Assembly: GCA_028276145.1 (NCBI GenBank) | Contig: JAPYWX010000001.1 | Coordinates: 1-38,988 of the forward strand | Direction: 5' to 3' | DNA: 38,988 nucleotides | DNA from: Spirochaetota bacterium | GTDB lineage: Bacteria > Spirochaetota > Brevinematia > DTOW01 | In this document: positions 34,113 through 38,988 of the stretch, piece after piece | How the letters are laid out: each line of letters starts with the position of its first letter | How positions within the stretch are numbered: position 1 is the stretch's first letter | Translations under genes and position numbers: made by a program | Notes under the pieces: model-generated | Database searches by the model: none | Told to the model about the DNA's origin: nothing | The model's input: only the letters and a program-made list of their open reading frames with translations

Positions 34113-34478
34113 ATGGATAGGACGGAAAAACCGAGTAGTGGTTTTAGATATGCTAGAGTACCAGTAAACATAGAAGCAGAGTACGAATTTAAAGGTATAA
34201 AAGGGAAATGCAACATTGTAGATATTTCCGAAGGAGGCATGAAAATACAAGTAAAGCAAGTATTTGTACCTGGAGATATGATAAGAGTTAAATTTCCAAT
34301 AATTCATGAAGGTAAGGTTATAAACATAGATGCGTGGTGTATCGTCAGAAATTCTAGCGGAAACGAGATAGGTGTAGAATTTGACGAACTACCAAATGAA
34401 CAACGTAAATTACTTGTAACATACGTTGAGAATCTACTACTAAGACATGGTAAAGACAGATACGAACCTATTGAATAA
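34113..34478 (+). CDS. Stand-alone PilZ domain protein (about 121 aa)
   Basis: DISEGG matches the D-x-S-x-x-G motif. The arginine motif upstream reads FRYARV, which is RxxR rather than the canonical RxxxR. The beta-barrel-like remainder ends in GVEFDEL. Start chosen at ATG 34113; the ORF-track TTG at 34065 is also possible. Confidence 0.7.
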   Translation: MDRTEKPSSGFRYARVPVNIEAEYEFKGIKGKCNIVDISEGGMKIQVKQVFVPGDMIRVKFPIIHEGKVINIDAWCIVRNSSGNEIGVEFDELPNEQRKLLVTYVENLLLRHGKDRYEPIE

Positions 34479-34489
34479 TTGGGGTTTCT

Positions 34490-36349
34490 ATGAATTGGGA
34501 AAAATCTGTTTTTTCAGAAGTTAACAAACACTTTGTATCAAATCCCTATCCTACTTTCAACGAATACATAAAAATTAGCCTCAGATTACTTAAAAATAGC
34601 CCAGTAAAGAATGCTTACATAAGAGCAATAATAGACGGTGGCTCTAGGTACATAAAGATGCAACCTTCCAAATACACGAACAACTTCGTATACTACACAG
34701 GCTGGCTAAAAATTTCCCAAAAATTCATTAACTATCATTTTGTATTAGACACAGGTAATAAAGTTTTCTTCTACACAAGAAAAGGTATATTCTCATATTT
34801 CCCTACAGAAGATAATGATTTTGTAATAGTAGCAGATTTTGAGAATCCTGACTGGGTACCAAAATCCGTTTTTTACCAAATATTTCCTGATAGGTTTGCT
34901 CAAGGCAAACCAGAATTAGCGGTGAAAACTGGTGAATACGAATACAAAGGATTCAAAACCCTAAAGGTAGAATTCAATTCAGAGCCGTTACCGTACTCAA
35001 AAGGAAGGTGCTTAGACTTCCATGGTGGTGACTTGTATGGAATAATTCAAAAAATACCTTATCTCAAGGAACTAGGCATCAACGCCGTATACCTAAACCC
35101 AATATTCAAAGCTCTCACACACCATAGATACGACTGTATAGATTACTTTGAGGTAGACCCACACTTAGGCGGAAACGAAGGGCTAAAAAATTTAGTAGAA
35201 GAGTTACATAAAAATGGAATAAAAATAATCCTTGATGTTTCAATAAACCACACAGGCACAGAACACAAATGGTTCAAAAAGGCTCTGGAAGACCCAAATT
35301 CTGAGGAAAGAGGATTTTACTACTTTGATGACAAAGGTAATTACCGAGGTTGGGCAGGATTAGATGACTTACCACAGCTAAACTATAACTCAAAGACTTT
35401 AAGGAAGATAATATTTGAAGATGAAAACTCTCTCGTAAGATTTTGGATAAAGAATTATGATATAGACGGCTGGAGATTTGATGTCGCAAACGATACTGGA
35501 AGGAACGGCAGAGACCAATTCGGAAACGAAATATTCCAAAAAATTAGAGAAGCCGTAAAGTCTATCAAAAAAGATGCTTACCTAATAGGAGAACATTGGG
35601 AAGACAACATAAGCTACTTACTTGGAGACCAATTAGACGGATGTATGAATTACTTCGCCTCATCAAGACCCCTTAGATGCTTCGCTGGAGAAGTAGACTG
35701 GTTCTTAAGAAATATTGTTGAACTCAATAGGAATCTAGATGCTTATTCAGGAACGGACCTAGAAATGCAAATAATACAACACTTCACCAGAATACCGAAT
35801 CAAGTAGCATTTCTACAGTTTAACTTACTAGATTCTCACGACATGCCAAGATTCCATAATTCACAAAAATTTTACTTTGATGTTTATAAGGGAATGATGA
35901 TAATACTATTTCTTTTACCCGGAACAACTTCAGTATACTATGGTGATGAAATTGGGCTAAGAGGAAGAACAGACAGTGTAGAAGGATGTAGATACCCTAT
36001 GGAATGGGATGAAACAAAATGGAATAAAGATTTCTTAACTCTTTACAAAACATTAATTAAACTAAAAACTTCTGAAGAAGCACTACAAACAGGGGCTTAT
36101 AAACCTCTATTTGCAGACGATGACACATTCGCTTTTGTAAGATTCACGGAAGAAAAGGCATTTTTAGGCGTTATTTCAAAGGCTAACGAGGAAAAAAGTA
36201 TAAAAATCCCAACTTATGTAGCAGGTGTTTTTGAAAGCAAAGGCAAAGACATATTCACTGGTGAAGAGTTTAAAGCAAATAGCGGCTATTTAGATACTAA
36301 AGTTTCAAAAAAGAAACAACTGCTAATTGAATTCAATTGCGATAACTAA
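34490..36349 (+). CDS. GH13 alpha-amylase family enzyme (neopullulanase/cyclomaltodextrinase-like), cytoplasmic
   Basis: All four GH13 conserved regions are present: DVSINHTG, GWRFDVAND, GEHWED and LLDSHDMPR. It has an N-terminal accessory domain and no signal peptide. It starts 11 nt after the PilZ gene ends. Confidence 0.85.
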   Translation: MNWEKSVFSEVNKHFVSNPYPTFNEYIKISLRLLKNSPVKNAYIRAIIDGGSRYIKMQPSKYTNNFVYYTGWLKISQKFINYHFVLDTGNKVFFYTRKGIFSYFPTEDNDFVIVADFENPDWVPKSVFYQIFPDRFAQGKPELAVKTGEYEYKGFKTLKVEFNSEPLPYSKGRCLDFHGGDLYGIIQKIPYLKELGINAVYLNPIFKALTHHRYDCIDYFEVDPHLGGNEGLKNLVEELHKNGIKIILDVSINHTGTEHKWFKKALEDPNSEERGFYYFDDKGNYRGWAGLDDLPQLNYNSKTLRKIIFEDENSLVRFWIKNYDIDGWRFDVANDTGRNGRDQFGNEIFQKIREAVKSIKKDAYLIGEHWEDNISYLLGDQLDGCMNYFASSRPLRCFAGEVDWFLRNIVELNRNLDAYSGTDLEMQIIQHFTRIPNQVAFLQFNLLDSHDMPRFHNSQKFYFDVYKGMMIILFLLPGTTSVYYGDEIGLRGRTDSVEGCRYPMEWDETKWNKDFLTLYKTLIKLKTSEEALQTGAYKPLFADDDTFAFVRFTEEKAFLGVISKANEEKSIKIPTYVAGVFESKGKDIFTGEEFKANSGYLDTKVSKKKQLLIEFNCDN

Positions 36350-36353
36350 ATAT

Positions 36354-37226
36354 TCATAGTTGGTAAACTATTTGGTTAGGCCCAACTAATTTTGATTTAT
36401 AGCAAGCTTTTTCAACATTAGATATAAGAGTCTTTGCATCTTCACCATCATCAGGATAGGTTTGAATTCCCATACTCAGCGTTAACCCAAAAACAACTCC
36501 CGATATGCTCAAAACTTCTTCATTTATCCTGTGGAGTAGCCTATTAGCAAAAAGTAAAGCACCTTTCTTATCTGTATGTGGAAGTATCATACCGAATTTA
36601 CTCATGCTAAACCTAAACGCTTCATCTTCTGCTCTCTTCGATGAATTTATTATTGAAGCCACACTTATAACAGTTTGAAGAGCAACTGAGGTATGACCAG
36701 AAATTGTTGCACTCTCAAGTCCGTTGATTTGTAATATTAACAAAGAAAATTTATGACCATGTCTTTTTGACCTATTGAGCTCTCTTGTCACAAATTTCTC
36801 AAATAAATGGCCCTTATACATTCCCGTTAGAATATCTTGAATTATTTTGTCCTTTATCTTTTCTGTCAGTATCAAATCCATCACCGAAGGATTCTTCAAA
36901 TATCTCTTAATATTCAAAAAATACTCTGATATAGTTGCCGTTATATGTATAGGTCTTCCTAAAGAAGATATCAAATAATTATGATACTTCGCTATCTCAT
37001 CCCATAACTGCTCTGCTAACTCCTCTTCTATCTTTATACCTGTAAGAAGTAGAAAGAATTTCTCAAAAAACCTTTTATCCTTCAACTTATTCCTAAGAGC
37101 ATTGATGTCTTTAATAGGATTCTTTGAAGAGAAAACAACATCATATATCTTCAACATTGTCTGGTCTTCAATCTCCGTAACTAAAGGATAAATCAGCACA
37201 GGATTCTTGCTTACAGGTAACTTCAT
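36354..37226 (-). CDS. Degenerate GGDEF-domain protein (A-site lost, RxxD I-site retained) with an unknown N-terminal domain
   Basis: The GGDEF fold is recognisable (ELNRSKRHGHKFSLLIL....GH....L....A......R.ED.AFRF-SMSKF-GMILPHTD...A...A..L; MGIQTYP; EKACYKSKLVGPNQI). SMSKF replaces GG(D/E)EF, and LQING replaces the DxD metal site. RAED lies exactly 5 residues upstream of the degenerate motif. Confidence 0.7.
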   Translation of the reverse strand: MKLPVSKNPVLIYPLVTEIEDQTMLKIYDVVFSSKNPIKDINALRNKLKDKRFFEKFFLLLTGIKIEEELAEQLWDEIAKYHNYLISSLGRPIHITATISEYFLNIKRYLKNPSVMDLILTEKIKDKIIQDILTGMYKGHLFEKFVTRELNRSKRHGHKFSLLILQINGLESATISGHTSVALQTVISVASIINSSKRAEDEAFRFSMSKFGMILPHTDKKGALLFANRLLHRINEEVLSISGVVFGLTLSMGIQTYPDDGEDAKTLISNVEKACYKSKLVGPNQIVYQL

Positions 37227-37293
37227 ACCTTCATCTCCAATAAAAAATTATCAATTTACTCATAACCTTCTTTCAAGAGCTCTATCATCTCTC

Positions 37294-38046
37294 TTATTCA
37301 GATATCATCTTGTACTTTTTTAGCTTTAGAAGTTCCTCTTTCATGGAAAGAAGTTCGATTATACCTTCCATCTTCTCTAATTCCCTATCCCTTCTTTTGG
37401 ATATTTCCTCTAAACTCTTCTTTATACTGTTTATTATTTCTCTCAACTCTGATTCACTAATTTGGCTATTTTGGATACTTCCATTTTTACTCTCATACTT
37501 AAGCTCTCTATTAGCAATAGTTGGCTTAACTGAGGAATATAGTCCAGGGTACTTATCTTTATACTTCTCCAAAAAGCTTACAGCCTCATCAATCCTACCA
37601 ATAGCTTGCAAAGAATTAACAAGGATGATAAAAACATTCTCTTCAAGGCCCCAAGAGTCACCAAACTTATCCAAATACTCCTTTGAGTAATTTATACTTT
37701 TACTAAAGTCATTCATCATATATGATGAAACTATAACATCGTACAAGCTCTTTTGATAATAAAAGTCATAACTTTTATCTTTAAGTACCTTCTCACCAAA
37801 ATAAAAAGCATTAGAGAAATCTTTTTTCAAAAAGTAGCACTCAGAAAGATAGTAATTTACTTTTCTGATTATTCCTTCATTTGTAGAAGTTATGGACCCA
37901 AGAATCCCTATAGCCTCATCGTAATTTTTCAGAGCTATGAGTGAAACAGCCTTATTCAGAGTATCGTACTCATTTTTATTTTGAGGAAATGACAACCATG
38001 AAATAGAAGATAAAATTATTATATATACCCAATATCTTATCCTCAT
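37294..38046 (-). CDS. Secreted TPR-like repeat protein with C-terminal coiled coil
   Basis: N-terminal signal-like IIILSSISWLSF. Helical repeats with Y/A/L spacing (YDEAIGIL, YYLSECYF, AFYFGEKVL, RIDEAVSFLEKY). E/K-rich C-terminus. Confidence 0.5.
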   Translation of the reverse strand: MRIRYWVYIIILSSISWLSFPQNKNEYDTLNKAVSLIALKNYDEAIGILGSITSTNEGIIRKVNYYLSECYFLKKDFSNAFYFGEKVLKDKSYDFYYQKSLYDVIVSSYMMNDFSKSINYSKEYLDKFGDSWGLEENVFIILVNSLQAIGRIDEAVSFLEKYKDKYPGLYSSVKPTIANRELKYESKNGSIQNSQISESELREIINSIKKSLEEISKRRDRELEKMEGIIELLSMKEELLKLKKYKMISE

Positions 38047-38049
38047 TAT

Positions 38050-38667
38050 TCATAAATTATCGTTCAACTTTGTTCTAAACCTTATAGCTCTTGACAATGT
38101 ATACATATCTGAGTATTCTATGTTTCCACCTAACGGTATTCCTCTGGCGATAGTAGTTATACTTAAGTCTTCTATATCCCTTAACTTTGAAACTATAAAA
38201 GCCATTGTCGTTTCCCCTTCTGAATCAGGGTCAAGAGCAAAGAAAACCTCCTTTATCCCCAATTTCTTAATTCTTTCAATGAGCTTAGAGATATTTATAT
38301 CCGAAGGGCCGACTCCTTCGAGGGGTGATATGACTCCCCACAAAACATGATATAGTCCGTTATATTCTCCCGTCTTTTCTATAGTTATAACATCAGTTGG
38401 TTTCTCAACTACACACAGAATTTCCCTATTTCTATCAGGTGACAAACATATATGACAAGGATCCGTATCCGATATCATTCCACATTCAGAACATATTTTG
38501 ATATTTTCCTTAATATCAGAAAAAACATCAATCAACTTTTGTACCATGTTGTCTTTAGAGGTTATTATGTAAAATGATATTCTCTCAGCAGTCTTAGACC
38601 CTATACCAGGTATAGTACTTAGTATATTTATAAGGCTCTCTATCTGTTTTGGTAAAATTTCCTTCAT
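38050..38667 (-). CDS. recR: Recombination protein RecR
   Basis: HhH motif IPGIGSKTAERI, zinc finger CSECGMISDTDPCHIC and Toprim motifs (CVVEKPTDV, DPDSEGETT). Start at ATG 38667. Confidence 0.92.
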   Translation of the reverse strand: MKEILPKQIESLINILSTIPGIGSKTAERISFYIITSKDNMVQKLIDVFSDIKENIKICSECGMISDTDPCHICLSPDRNREILCVVEKPTDVITIEKTGEYNGLYHVLWGVISPLEGVGPSDINISKLIERIKKLGIKEVFFALDPDSEGETTMAFIVSKLRDIEDLSITTIARGIPLGGNIEYSDMYTLSRAIRFRTKLNDNL

Positions 38668-38672
38668 ACACA

Positions 38673-38933
38673 CTACCAAAGATCTGCATCTATACCCAAG
38701 AAGTTTTTAGAATAAAAATAAATTATACCTCTTTTCATTTCTTTCAAATCAACATCACCATGAACTTGCTTAACTTTTGAAAGTACGTAAGTTATAAAGG
38801 GGTGCAAGTTACCATCTTTACCCAGTTCTCCTAACTTTGACTTAGATATCATATCATCATAGTACATTTTTGCAGTTTGGTCATTCTTTATTAATTTCTC
38901 GATAGTATCTGAAATTTCCCTATACGATGTCAT
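38673..38933 (-). CDS. Hypothetical small protein (86 aa)
   Basis: ORF immediately upstream of recR (5-nt gap), with GAGGGAG upstream of its ATG. No similarity to YbaB/EbfC that I can see. Confidence 0.45.
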   Translation of the reverse strand: MTSYREISDTIEKLIKNDQTAKMYYDDMISKSKLGELGKDGNLHPFITYVLSKVKQVHGDVDLKEMKRGIIYFYSKNFLGIDADLW

Positions 38934-38988
38934 AACTCCCTCTCTTCAATCAGTGGCATTTCAGGTGAATAGATAGTTATTCTATTCC

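Noticed and set aside
1-38988. Mobile element, prophage, genomic island, rRNA or tRNA genes
   Set aside because: I recognised no transposase, integrase, phage structural or tRNA-like sequences (no GGTTCGAATCC-type T-arm seen). Gene content is core housekeeping throughout, apart from a few unknown genes.

Overview
AT-rich, very gene-dense chromosomal segment, most likely from a low-GC spirochete. The evidence is a clear homologue of the spirochaetal flagellar sheath protein FlaA, plus FliP, FliR, RNase Y, Rho, RecR, MurB, CysS, MiaA, ThrB, GpsA and a three-gene PntAA/PntAB/PntB transhydrogenase. I call about 35 CDS. I recognised no rRNA, tRNA, transposase, phage, CRISPR-cas or known defence genes. 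Most gene junctions are 15 nt or shorter, or overlap. Against that compact background, five junctions are long and have no credible ORF: 5737-6165, 25063-25396, 26186-26440, 31060-31499 and 33300-34112. All five carry the same unannotated repeat system, short palindromes of the form GTGCT-N2-5-AGCAC, consensus about GTGCTTAATAGCAC. They usually occur in tandem arrays with a period of about 17 nt. They often have a conserved oriented 5' flank (TTAAGAAnG), and they are often preceded at about 17 nt by a hairpin whose 5' arm is purine-rich. A 65-nt block is shared between two of the loci. This dispersed, modular, oriented non-coding element family is the most interesting signal I can see; it could be structured RNA, a REP-like element or a multi-site regulatory region. 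Secondary observations: (1) a possible c-di-GMP module, with a PilZ protein coupled to a GH13 amylase and a convergent catalytically degenerate GGDEF protein that keeps its I-site; (2) a MalF-type permease with a roughly 390-aa N-terminal extension; (3) tandem GNRA hairpins with attenuator-like alternative pairing; (4) tandem 15-bp palindromes upstream of an unknown membrane protein; (5) widespread orphaning of subunits of multi-subunit machines (FliP, FliR, ExbD, LivJ, GldG, MalFG). All functional calls come from reading the translations and recalling family motifs. No database search was run.
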